Positions 48,133 through 57,209 of a DNA stretch of 64,000 nt are shown piece after piece. The notes beneath the pieces are model-generated. The model was given only the letters and a program-made list of their open reading frames with translations, searched no databases and was not told the DNA's origin. Within the stretch, counting starts at the first letter, position 1; the number at the start of each line of letters is the position of its first letter. This stretch comes from an uncultured bacterium. Its GTDB lineage: Bacteria > Patescibacteriota > Minisyncoccia > UBA6257 > 2-01-FULL-56-20. Where the stretch lies: contig OY970175.1 in assembly GCA_963707865.1 (NCBI GenBank), forward strand, positions 556,011-620,010, written 5' to 3'. Position numbers and translations under genes: made by a program.

Positions 48133-51100
48133 TTATAGTATATCGCTTTCCGCAACCTTTCTGATGGCCGCCCGCGTCTTCGGACCCAAATATCCCGAAA
48201 CGGGCGTGATTTTTTCTCCCGTCTGATACTCCTTGAGCGCGTTTGTGGTAAAGGCGCCGAAGAAGCCGGTCGGCCCAACCGCGGCGAGCGAGCGCGCCGC
48301 CCGACCGCCGCCGGTTATGAGAAACACCTGGAGCGCCCAGACGTCATTGCCCTTCGCGCCCACGGACAAGGGTCTCCTGGAATTCATGGACGCAAAAAGC
48401 TTGGCGGCGAGGAGTCGCAATCGGGCAAACAATTCAGCGAGCGATGGGACGACGCTTACCGTTGTTGAGGCGCCCAGCACCTGCGGATTGGGCGCACCCG
48501 GAGCAGGGTACGTTGCGCCACTACTACTTCCCTCGCCACCACCGCCACCACTTGCGCCGGTTGTGCCGGTGCCACCTCCACCTCCGCCCGCGCTGTTACT
48601 GCCGCTGCTGTTGTCACCACCGCCACCATTACTACTCACACTGCCACTGTTATCATCACTGCTTGCGCCGTAAGTGGTGCCGCTGGTCCCACCCCCATTA
48701 TTCCCTCCACTATTATCTTCCCCGCTTCCTGTATCTTCCCCATTCTCTGTCCCCCCGCCTCCCGCGCCACCACCGGCATCCGCAGGCGCAACCACCTGAA
48801 AATCAATTTCATAAATCCGCGGGTTTCCCGCCTTGTCAAATGCGGTGATGATCAAAACGTTTTTACCAACATCCTTGAACATCACTATTTCACCATTCGC
48901 GACCGGATTGCCGTTCAACGTTGCCGTCGTAGTCGCAACGCCGGACCCGGCATCCGTCGCGCTGAAATAAAGCGTCGTCGTGCTGTTCTGGAATACCTCC
49001 GCAGGAATAGTCGGCGGGACGATCTCCGGAGGCGTTACATCGGCGATCGCTTCGGCGGCTGAAGTGGTTGCGGTAAGAACCGCAGTCGGCGAGCTTGTCG
49101 CGTCGACATTGCCATCGCCATCATTATCAATCGCGAGCGAAAGATCACCGTCAAAACCGGAGAAGTCCAGTTCCGCCGTTGCGCTCACGTTTTGGAGCGG
49201 CACCGAAACATACGTCGCGGTATCGGTTACCTGATCTGTGGTACGCTTCTTCACCTTTACGGTGGCGAGTGTTGTCGTAGTGGTTGTTTTGGCGGTGCTC
49301 GTAGCGGTGGTACTCGTGTCGGTGGTACTCGTGTCGGTGGTACTCGTGGCAGCCGAGCCAGATGTGGCAGATGTGCCAGTCGTGCTCGAAGCGTTCGCGG
49401 CGGTGCTTATCTTTCGCTTTGTCACTTCCACCTTATAGGTGCTCGTGCTCAAAGAAGCGCCCGTGCCGAGAGAAGTGCTCGTGCTCGCCGGCACCGTGAC
49501 GAACGTGTTGTCGCCGATGACATCGTAGCTGCTCCCCGGAATGCTCACCTCCACGGAACCGTCATATAAAATTCCCGTATGAAGCCCCGTCGGATCCGAA
49601 ATCTCAAGATCAACGGAGCCGTGCGCGCTGAATTCAAACCAAGCCCCCGTGCCGCCGCCGCCCGCCGTGCCGTCCGTACTTGACGCGTGATGCCATCCCG
49701 CAACGCAATCTGCAAGTGCAGCCGAGATGCCCTGCGGCAGATCAGCGTCGGCGATGGCGCCGTCATCAATAAGAGCCACAATGAGCGAAATGGGGCGGGC
49801 ATCAGCGACGAGTCCCCCATGGTCAATCCCCGTCGCGCCACCGTCCACGAAATAATTATGAAAACTGTCCGCAAGGTTCATGGCGCTCACCTCGGGCACG
49901 GTGCCGTCGCCCGTCGTTTGCGCAACATCCACCACACCGCCGTCGTAAAGATCAAATTCGGAAATGGTCGGCATGCGGCAACCCAAAATGTTGTACACGC
50001 TTGGCGCGCTTGCGGTACTTATGCCGTTTGACGCGCTCACCGGCTGCCCGTCAAGTCCCGCATGGAACGCGGCGGCGGCGTCCAAAAGCGCGGCGTTGCG
50101 GCTGTCCGAAGAATTGCTCGCCATCAGGCGGCGTATCGCATCATAGTCCAAAACCGAGCCGTTGTTTCCATTGCGGAAATCGCGCACATATCCCCCGTTC
50201 ACTTGCACGTACCGCGAACTCGGCAGGAGTTCATAGAGCGACGGCATGTTCTCTGCGATTTTCTTGATCTCGGAAGAATTTAAAATATCAAACGGACCGA
50301 GCGCAACGCCAAGATTATCGCCGTAGTTCAAAACCTTGAAGGCCTTCGGCGCTCCGAGTTGCGGCACGCCGACCAGGACCAGCTTATCCAAAAACGAACT
50401 GCCGGGGCGGTCTCTCAAATACCGATTTATCAAGACGCCGCCCATGCTGTGCGCAACAATATTGATTTTCCCGTCCGGCGACGCCGCGACCGCTTGCTGT
50501 ATTCTCGCGTCAAGCGCGCCTGTCTCCGCATCCATGCCCAGCCGCCAATCATACGGCGCCACAAAAAGATCTTTGTTTTCCACGTATCCATCAGAGACAA
50601 AAGCGTTTATGAGATCGCCGTAAAAATCCTTTTGAACCGCGAGGAAAGAAATTGTGGTCGTGACCGTCCTTAGGATGTCGGGCGCACTCATGGCAATCGT
50701 GGAATGGCCCTGCGCGTCCAACGCAAGATCATCAAGGTACGCATCGTGGGAAAGAACGCCCGCGACGCTCGCCATCTTGCCTATGTTCGGCCACACCTCT
50801 TCCCCATCCGAAACGCGCGCGAGGGCCGATCCCGCGATGCCGGGGACGATGACCACCGGCTCACGCGGTCCGCCGCTGTCAAGCTTCATGAACGGAACGC
50901 CCGCCACGTCCGCCGCATAGCAATAATTGTTGACTTGCCACGTACAGGCATAGGTGGCGCCGGGTGCCGCGGCAATGGACACCGGCCTGCCAAAATCACA
51001 GGAGTTGAAACTCAACGCGTAGTAATCAAATGGATTGATCCTTCCTGCGGCGGTGCCCGCGATGACGCCGGCATAATCGCGCGAGGCGATGGGCGCGCCC

Positions 51101-52335
51101 GAGGCATCGGTCCAATTGCCGAACGCGGCGGGTGGACCATCGGCAGCTTGATAATCGCTGTCGGAATATCCCTGGAGGAGGTAGGCAGGCATACCGCACT
51201 CGGACGAGCCTTCCTGGTACATTGTGAGAGAAAGCGTTGTGCTCCCTGTGCCGCCGAGTGGCTGGCCAAGCTTGATCCGCACCGCAAGCGGACCGAAGGA
51301 CGTCCCCGCTTGAGCGTTGTCGGTACCAATGCTTCCTGATTGATCATTCCAATGGTAGAGATAGTAAGCGCTATTCCCAATTCCAAAATCAACGTCTGCC
51401 GGCGGATCGCTCAAGGTACGCCAGGAAGAAACGTTTCCTTCTTCGTCTGCCGCCCTCGCCTGCCAATGATAACCGCCCGGCGCGAGGCCGCTCACAGAAA
51501 CGGCGGCGCGGACGCCCGGCGCGGCAAACGTGCTCGTCGCGGTGGGCACCCCTTCAAAAGGAACGTTGGAAGGTTCAACCTCAACCTGAAGTTGGAGCGG
51601 CTTTGTGCCCGCGGACTGCGGTACGCCAGAGAAAATAATCGTGGTAGTGGCCAAGCTTCTTTCCACAATCGCCGCCACGCCGTCGGATTCGTATTGGCCA
51701 AGTGACGATGCCGCGATATCCGGAATCACCGTCGGATCCGGCACCCAGATGCCGATGGTGATTGTCTGACCATCCATAAGATTGGACGGCTTACCGTCAT
51801 ACCACCACCCCACTACGTCATACGAACTCCCCGCTTGAAGCGCGTAGGTTGTGGTCGCCCATAACAACGTTTGAGAATTCAAGATAGCCCATGCCGAGGT
51901 CGTCGCCGTTCCCCGAAACTGCACAGCACCGCCATCCCCAGGAGGGTCAAGCGCGGCCCTGTTATCGTGAGAAAAGACAAACGAAGTCCCGGTCTCCTGC
52001 CCGTTGTACAGCTCGCTCGTCACGATCGCCGGGTCGTCAATGGAAATCCCGTATGCCTCGGCGATGTCCTTGTCCGGCGTAAAAGTGACAAAAAACTCAT
52101 TGTCCGCGCAGGGGCGGCCCGTCACGGAACAGCTCCGAAAGTTATGGTACAGATGGAATGTTACCTCCTGCGTGAAAACCTCCCGATATCCCGTGGGATC
52201 GTTGAAATAATGCCCGGAATAGCCGCGGCCGTAATCGGTGATAACCGCAGCGTGAGCGAAAAGAGAAGGCGGGAACATTAACCATGCGCTACAGGCCCCG
52301 CCGAGCGCACAGACAAAGAAAATAATCTTTTGCAT
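48133..52335 (-). CDS. large secreted surface protein (1400 aa) with an LCAT/PGAP1-like alpha/beta-hydrolase domain, Thr/Ser and Gly-rich linkers, and a C-terminal peptidoglycan-binding domain
   Basis: Signal peptide, then PYDWRLG plus VAHSMGGVL (lipase GxSxG), a TSTTDTSTTDTSTT linker, a 90-aa Gly/Ser tract, and a PG_binding_1-like C-terminus (LSVGAKGNDVWALQVFL...YLGPKTRAAI). Confidence 0.6.
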   Translation of the reverse strand: MQKIIFFVCALGGACSAWLMFPPSLFAHAAVITDYGRGYSGHYFNDPTGYREVFTQEVTFHLYHNFRSCSVTGRPCADNEFFVTFTPDKDIAEAYGISIDDPAIVTSELYNGQETGTSFVFSHDNRAALDPPGDGGAVQFRGTATTSAWAILNSQTLLWATTTYALQAGSSYDVVGWWYDGKPSNLMDGQTITIGIWVPDPTVIPDIAASSLGQYESDGVAAIVERSLATTTIIFSGVPQSAGTKPLQLQVEVEPSNVPFEGVPTATSTFAAPGVRAAVSVSGLAPGGYHWQARAADEEGNVSSWRTLSDPPADVDFGIGNSAYYLYHWNDQSGSIGTDNAQAGTSFGPLAVRIKLGQPLGGTGSTTLSLTMYQEGSSECGMPAYLLQGYSDSDYQAADGPPAAFGNWTDASGAPIASRDYAGVIAGTAAGRINPFDYYALSFNSCDFGRPVSIAAAPGATYACTWQVNNYCYAADVAGVPFMKLDSGGPREPVVIVPGIAGSALARVSDGEEVWPNIGKMASVAGVLSHDAYLDDLALDAQGHSTIAMSAPDILRTVTTTISFLAVQKDFYGDLINAFVSDGYVENKDLFVAPYDWRLGMDAETGALDARIQQAVAASPDGKINIVAHSMGGVLINRYLRDRPGSSFLDKLVLVGVPQLGAPKAFKVLNYGDNLGVALGPFDILNSSEIKKIAENMPSLYELLPSSRYVQVNGGYVRDFRNGNNGSVLDYDAIRRLMASNSSDSRNAALLDAAAAFHAGLDGQPVSASNGISTASAPSVYNILGCRMPTISEFDLYDGGVVDVAQTTGDGTVPEVSAMNLADSFHNYFVDGGATGIDHGGLVADARPISLIVALIDDGAIADADLPQGISAALADCVAGWHHASSTDGTAGGGGTGAWFEFSAHGSVDLEISDPTGLHTGILYDGSVEVSIPGSSYDVIGDNTFVTVPASTSTSLGTGASLSTSTYKVEVTKRKISTAANASSTTGTSATSGSAATSTTDTSTTDTSTTATSTAKTTTTTTLATVKVKKRTTDQVTDTATYVSVPLQNVSATAELDFSGFDGDLSLAIDNDGDGNVDATSSPTAVLTATTSAAEAIADVTPPEIVPPTIPAEVFQNSTTTLYFSATDAGSGVATTTATLNGNPVANGEIVMFKDVGKNVLIITAFDKAGNPRIYEIDFQVVAPADAGGGAGGGGTENGEDTGSGEDNSGGNNGGGTSGTTYGASSDDNSGSVSSNGGGGDNSSGSNSAGGGGGGTGTTGASGGGGGEGSSSGATYPAPGAPNPQVLGASTTVSVVPSLAELFARLRLLAAKLFASMNSRRPLSVGAKGNDVWALQVFLITGGGRAARSLAAVGPTGFFGAFTTNALKEYQTGEKITPVSGYLGPKTRAAIRKVAESDIL
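49307..49351 (-). repeat. three tandem 15-bp repeats inside the surface-protein CDS
   Basis: gtggtactcgtgtcg x2 plus one imperfect unit. They encode the T/S-rich linker. Confidence 0.6.
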
Positions 52336-52393
52336 GCCCGCAATCGTAGCACGGCGGGCATTAAAATCTTTTTAAAGAACGCTTGACGGGGTA

Positions 52394-54019
52394 TTATCGC
52401 AGATAGTTTTGTAACACCGCCGAGCCGGGAGTGATCGCCATAGCTCGTATCCATTCGTCCGCTGCCGCCGCGCGGTCCTGCGCGGGAATGTCGCCCGCGC
52501 GAACAAAAGGACTGATATAGCGATACGCGAATGCGTCAATCAGAGATTTGTTTTGCGGATCGTCGCGCGCGAGGATGATCGCCGTGTCGTCCCAGTAGAC
52601 GAGTTTGAATCCCAGCTTGCCGGTAAGCCGCGCCGTGAGATTGCCCACGAGGTTCACAAGTGGCGGTTCATACCAAAGGATAAAGTAATTGACCCGATAT
52701 TTTTGGTTGACGAGGGCTTCCCAGCCGGGCGCCGTCGTCATGATCGAAACATAATCGTCCGCGGGGGTTCCCGCATACACATCGTCCCGACTGTCGATGA
52801 AAACCGGCGTTTGCGGCCAGAGCTTCCAGATAAGATAGCCCCCGAAAGACGCATCGTCAAAAACCGGGCCTTGGATATTTTGTTTTTGGATGAACTGCAC
52901 GGCGTTTACGGGAAGCTGATCAGCATTCACTGCGGGAATCGTCCGGGCCCGCGCGATGCCATAAGCCACCACAAGGAAAATAAAAAGTAAAATGGTGAGG
53001 CTGGGAATTATTGATTTCAAAAGGGCCACGCGGGGGAATTTCTTTTCAACACAATAGATGAAGATGGGGAACGTGATAAGCGGGAAAAATCCGACGTGGC
53101 GTATGGAAACGATGGGTAGGACGACCGCGACGAGAAGAAGGAAGAACGCTGGCCAGTCAACCACGCGGTATGGTATCCACCGATCATTTTCCCAGAGAAG
53201 GGTGTAGGTACAAAAGAAGAAAACCAGGAGTGCGAGCACAAGAAAACTCCACGCTTGCCAGGTAATGAGATAGTCGAGAAGCGAGCGCCATTCCTCAACG
53301 CCCAATTGCTGCACGGTCGGGCCAATAATGGAGGAATAGGCGAGCAGGCGCCAGCCATTGGGATTCACGAGCGTTACGGCAAAGGAAAGCGCGCCGATCA
53401 AAGCCAGGCGTATGCGGTCCGCCCACCGCAGTGCGAAAAAGATGAAGCCATGTAAAAGATAAAGTCCGGCGATGCCGATGCCGAGAATGACGCTGGCATG
53501 CATGTTGGCCCATACGAGGAGCACGAGCGGGATCGCAATGAGGAACCGAAAATCTTTGCTGCCGCGCCATGTTTCAAAAATAAAAATGGTGAGGGCGGCA
53601 AAAAAGTAGCTGAAGATCTGCGGCCGCGCTACCCACAGTTCGTAGGTAAGCAAACCGTAGGGAATAAGAATGACGGCGGCAAGCGGCACGTTCCGGCTTT
53701 TCCGGAATGCAGTAAGAAGGACGATGCCGTACGTAAGGAGACTTACGAGCGCGACGAGCGCGATAAGCCCCCCACCGGCTCCGGCGCGGTAAGCAAAATA
53801 AAAAGCGACGTCTGAGAGCCAATAATGATTGATCCATAGCGCGCCTGGCGCAGTATAAGAAAAAATATCGTGCGTGGGAACAAAACCGTGCGTTACGATG
53901 AAGGCACCATTCTCTAGATGGTAGCCGGTGTCGAAGTCGCCGATCGTATTGAGCGAAAGAAGAAAAACGGCCGCGAGCACTGCGGCGACGAGCAGGCCGT
54001 ACCCAAGCTTCCGGTTCAT
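52394..54019 (-). CDS. large polytopic membrane protein, possibly a GT-C-fold glycosyltransferase (YfhO/ArnT-like)
   Basis: About 12 TM segments plus a C-terminal soluble domain. Family assignment is tentative. Confidence 0.35.
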   Translation of the reverse strand: MNRKLGYGLLVAAVLAAVFLLSLNTIGDFDTGYHLENGAFIVTHGFVPTHDIFSYTAPGALWINHYWLSDVAFYFAYRAGAGGGLIALVALVSLLTYGIVLLTAFRKSRNVPLAAVILIPYGLLTYELWVARPQIFSYFFAALTIFIFETWRGSKDFRFLIAIPLVLLVWANMHASVILGIGIAGLYLLHGFIFFALRWADRIRLALIGALSFAVTLVNPNGWRLLAYSSIIGPTVQQLGVEEWRSLLDYLITWQAWSFLVLALLVFFFCTYTLLWENDRWIPYRVVDWPAFFLLLVAVVLPIVSIRHVGFFPLITFPIFIYCVEKKFPRVALLKSIIPSLTILLFIFLVVAYGIARARTIPAVNADQLPVNAVQFIQKQNIQGPVFDDASFGGYLIWKLWPQTPVFIDSRDDVYAGTPADDYVSIMTTAPGWEALVNQKYRVNYFILWYEPPLVNLVGNLTARLTGKLGFKLVYWDDTAIILARDDPQNKSLIDAFAYRYISPFVRAGDIPAQDRAAAADEWIRAMAITPGSAVLQNYLR

Positions 54020-54057
54020 TAGTCTAGTATACCAATCCTAATGATACGAAATGTTGT

Positions 54058-54132
54058 TGGTGCGCGTGGTAGGAATCGAACCTACGACCTCGTCTTTATC
54101 AGAGACGCGTTCTGCCACTGAACTACACGCGC
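54058..54132 (-). tRNA. tRNA-Ile (anticodon GAU), CCA encoded
   Basis: Minus-strand sequence GCGCGTG-TA-GTTCAGTGGCAGAAC-G-CGTCT-CTGATAA-AGACG-AGGTC-GTAGG-TTCGATT-CCTAC-CACGCGC-ACCA. All four stems pair. Confidence 0.85.
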
Positions 54133-54261
54133 AATATCTTCTTTTTTACATCACAACTATTCAAACTGCAAGCGTTGCAGCGAGGGGGCGGGGCACAGAC
54201 ATGGACGAGCTTCGAACTATCTCGAGCCGACTCCTTAATACCCCGGCTGAGATGGAAACTT

Positions 54262-54828
54262 TTACTTATACGTGAGTTCACTGAAAGTAATTACCGTAAT
54301 GCTGTCCAAATCATAGCCATAATGCCGAAAGACCTCTCGCGCATCGCCGTCGAACCTCTTTTCCCAGTCCATATCCAATTTGCCGCAAATTTCTCTCAAA
54401 GACTCCACTGATGGTCCTTCTATTTCTGCATAAGCAGGGATTTTGGGCCAGGTATCAATGTCGATAGTAACGCCGTTAAGTTTAAAGGTGTGTCGATATT
54501 TCTCTAGCTGCCTCATTGGCGTTAATCCAATCTTACTTAAAAGCTCAGAACACTTGCCTAAGTCGGATACCTCTAGCTCGATTTCTTGCGCACTATCCAC
54601 TGCCTGCTCCACATTTTCTTTGTACGTCAGCTTTATCTTGTCTTTTGTTTTTCGGAGCCGTACAAATTTCCTTTTCCCGACCCATGACATATCTGCCGCA
54701 TGGAAAATTATTTCTTCAACCTTTTCTTCGTCTTTATCAATGGCACCCAGCAAGGCGATTTTCTGTGCAAGCTGATCTTTATTTATATCGAGGAACCTTG
54801 TTTCTATTTCCTTCTGCATAGCTTTCAT
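54262..54828 (-). CDS. CYTH-like (triphosphate tunnel metalloenzyme / CyaB-like) domain protein
   Basis: N-terminal EIETRFL resembles the CYTH ExExK motif. Size is 188 aa with a beta-rich pattern. Moderate confidence. Confidence 0.45.
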   Translation of the reverse strand: MKAMQKEIETRFLDINKDQLAQKIALLGAIDKDEEKVEEIIFHAADMSWVGKRKFVRLRKTKDKIKLTYKENVEQAVDSAQEIELEVSDLGKCSELLSKIGLTPMRQLEKYRHTFKLNGVTIDIDTWPKIPAYAEIEGPSVESLREICGKLDMDWEKRFDGDAREVFRHYGYDLDSITVITFSELTYK

Positions 54829-55141
54829 CGTACTAATTTTCAGCGTTTAACACAAAACATTAACGCGCACGGGAGTGGACGATTTTCGAACGATTTTGGC
54901 TTTTAGCCAAAAACAGGCCTGTTTTGTTGATACTTGACAACAAAGTTAATCATATAGTAAACGTGCTGGTGGACTCCGGCTGGGAGCGCAGTAGAAGCTT
55001 CCCGGGGAGGTATACTAGCGTTGCTGTACCTTGTTGCAGTGTTGGTCGGACCGTTGTTAGACGCCAGATCCGAGAGGCCCAATGGTGGAGAGCGAAAGCT
55101 CATCGAAACCGGGCCTTCGGATCTGGCCATTATAATCAAAG

Positions 55142-55172
55142 GCTTCGCACATCGCGAAGCGCTTTGTTTTTT
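55142..55172 (+). terminator. intrinsic terminator inside the long non-coding region
   Basis: GCTTCGC acatc GCGAAGC followed by GCTTTGTTTTTT. Confidence 0.45.
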
Positions 55173-55308
55173 AGGAATACAATCATCAAATTTCAGCGCA
55201 CAAATGAGGATTCGAACATAAGCTATTAAAGAGAGGGACTATCCAAGGGGATCGGACCTTGCGCAGCACCCCGACCCCCGGTCTGGGAAACCCACGGTTT
55301 CCCACCCG

Positions 55309-55339
55309 CCAGCCATAGTTCACTGCGAACTACGGCTGG
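55309..55339. repeat. copy 3 of the CCAGCCGTAGTT hairpin family
   Basis: CCAGCCATAGTTC actgc GAACTACGGCTGG. It is preceded by a second hairpin, GGGAAACC cac GGTTTCCC (55285-55303). Confidence 0.5.
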
Positions 55340-55382
55340 CTCCTTCCTATACGGGGTGCTGCTCCGGTCCGCTCCCAACAAA

Positions 55383-55548
55383 ACAGACAAGCAGGCAGAG
55401 TATATTTTGAGAGGACCGCGCAGCCCCGCTCGGCTCGGTCCGAAATGCCATTGCGCGCATTTCGGCGAGCGGGGCGAGCGCCAAGAAAAAATTGCCGCTG
55501 GAGCAATTTTATTCTGTCTCTCAAAATATACTCTGCCTGCTTGTCTGT
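55383..55548. repeat. MITE-like element: perfect 31-bp terminal inverted repeats flanking 104 bp
   Basis: ACAGACAAGCAGGCAGAGTATATTTTGAGAG occurs at 55383-55413, and its exact reverse complement at 55518-55548. The interior carries nested inverted repeats (CCGAAATGC/GCATTTCGG, CGCAGCCCCGCTCG/CGAGCGGGGCGAGCG). Confidence 0.55.
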
Positions 55549-55721
55549 GCCCCCTCTCGGTCTTGGACCTTTTCGGGAGCAACCTAGCAAGCGTTTCCGA
55601 GGGTCTTCTTCTCCTCTTGTTTGAAGCCTCACGGTCGCTAGGCTCGGGAAATACTATAAGGCATTTTCAGAGATTTTGGTAGGGCTGACGCCTCACGGTC
55701 GCCTCTGCATTGGTGCTTCGT

Positions 55722-55766
55722 AAATGTTACAAATGTTACACTTTTTTGGCACTTTGGCGTGTAACA
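55722..55766 (-). terminator. terminator of the SLATT/SMODS operon
   Basis: On the minus strand, TGTTACAC...GTGTAACA (8-bp stem) is followed by TTTGTAACATTT. Confidence 0.4.
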
Positions 55767-56267
55767 TTATCTGATCTTTCCGGCCTTATCGCGATCCGGC
55801 TCATGCATGCCGCCTTGAACTGTTTTACGTGCTTCGGCAAAGCTTTTATCATCCGTCGGCGGTGTTGATTTCAATAATTCGTTGTAGCGCTGGTGTAAGT
55901 TTTCTATGGCGATAACCAACGCCTCATCAGTCAGCCTTGTCGACTGCGATTCGCGGAGGAAACGGGCGTCGTGCTTTAATGTCGTGAAATTCTTCGCTGC
56001 TGCGAGATGATCTTGGTATGTTTTGTTGGGATTTAGAACGGCTGTGACCGCAGACACCGTGGCGGAGAGGATAGTGAACGGCAAAAGCCATTCGCCAAGC
56101 CAATGGACAGCCACAAGCGTGCTCGATAAAGCAGCGCAGATGGCTGGAACAACTTCAAACCAAGTCGCCTTCCTCTTTGCCCAAACGGCGAGGCGATGAT
56201 GGGCCTCCGCCGTATACGTGCAGTTCTGCTGGATAATTCCACACTCTTCTATATATTTTTCTCTCAT
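55767..56267 (-). CDS. small two-TM protein resembling SLATT-type effectors
   Basis: Amphipathic N-helix (YTAEAHHRLAVWAKRK), then two TM helices (VVPAICAALSSTLVAVHWL, LLPFTILSATVSAVTAVL) and a helical tail. It is the last gene of the nucleotidyltransferase operon. Confidence 0.45.
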   Translation of the reverse strand: MREKYIEECGIIQQNCTYTAEAHHRLAVWAKRKATWFEVVPAICAALSSTLVAVHWLGEWLLPFTILSATVSAVTAVLNPNKTYQDHLAAAKNFTTLKHDARFLRESQSTRLTDEALVIAIENLHQRYNELLKSTPPTDDKSFAEARKTVQGGMHEPDRDKAGKIR

Positions 56268-56284
56268 GGTTTTATTTTATAATT

Positions 56285-57205
56285 TTACAGCGTTGCAGGG
56301 AAATGATCCGGAAACAATTCCCTCCACATTTCAATTTTTGTGCCCTGTTGCGGAGCGGCGTTGATACCGCGGATGTAGTTGGCGATCGTGACAAACGTAC
56401 CGCTGAGTTGCCGCGCTTTATCGGGATCGAACACAATGGGCGTCGACTTACTGCCGGGTATTCCAATCGGAGCCGAGAGCTGAGCGGACGCGTCCGCGAA
56501 AAACTCCCGGAGAAGGTCGTGATAAAACACGGACACGTTGTTCGACCTCTTAACCACCACCGAAAGCGGGATGTTCTTCGTCGCAAGTATCTCCAGTGGG
56601 AAAGAATCCATATCCGCGAAATATCTCTGCTTGAGGGCTTTGAGCATTTTGATCGCAGGAATCAAGTATCCCCCGCTCGCCTCGTTCTGTTTTGAAATAT
56701 ACTCGGCTTCGTAATCGTAATCCGCCATCTGCCACGTACCATTCTTAACAACCCAGTAACCACGACCAATGGAACCGAGCTCTCTTCCGGCGGAATCTCT
56801 CCCGATCATATCAATATACGCCGGAACAAGCTGCGCCTGAATTTCATCGGCGTATGTGACGGTAACGGTGGGCGCATCCTGAAAAGGGTTCATGTCGCCA
56901 TACCGGGCGCTTTCATTAACGGTAGAATGCAGCTGATCCAGTGCCGCTTGCGGGGTCACGCCGCCGGATGCCACCCATGCGGTAAACTCTCCTGCGATCA
57001 CGAGAATATCAATATCAAATTTTTTTCCGCTGCCCGGATGAATTCTTGTCTTGCGGGCAACCGAACCGATGAGCTTCGAATCCTTGAAGGACGGGTGGTG
57101 GTTCTGAAGGTATGTCCGCATGGCGGTATGCCGCGTAGAAACGGATTCCGCGAGCGTAGGATCAAGCTCGAGATTACTTTTCAGTTTTAGAAAATATTCG
57201 TGCAT
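56285..57205 (-). CDS. SMODS / cGAS-DncV-like nucleotidyltransferase (CD-NTase-like)
   Basis: N-terminal helix, then LIGSVARKTRIHPGSGKKFDIDILV (GS-x12-hDhDh) and a downstream YADEIQAQLVPAY (third acidic residue). Confidence 0.55.
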   Translation of the reverse strand: MHEYFLKLKSNLELDPTLAESVSTRHTAMRTYLQNHHPSFKDSKLIGSVARKTRIHPGSGKKFDIDILVIAGEFTAWVASGGVTPQAALDQLHSTVNESARYGDMNPFQDAPTVTVTYADEIQAQLVPAYIDMIGRDSAGRELGSIGRGYWVVKNGTWQMADYDYEAEYISKQNEASGGYLIPAIKMLKALKQRYFADMDSFPLEILATKNIPLSVVVKRSNNVSVFYHDLLREFFADASAQLSAPIGIPGSKSTPIVFDPDKARQLSGTFVTIANYIRGINAAPQQGTKIEMWRELFPDHFPATL

Positions 57206-57209
57206 GAGG

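Noticed and set aside
54051-54275. 74-aa plus-strand ORF overlapping the tRNA-Ile gene
   Set aside because: It is the antisense translation of a perfectly folding tRNA.
55207-55222. GGATTCGAAC-like motif suggesting a tRNA fragment or att-site duplicate of the tRNA-Ile T-arm
   Set aside because: The flanking sequence cannot form T- or acceptor stems. The match to the tRNA-Ile 3' end is only about 9 nt.
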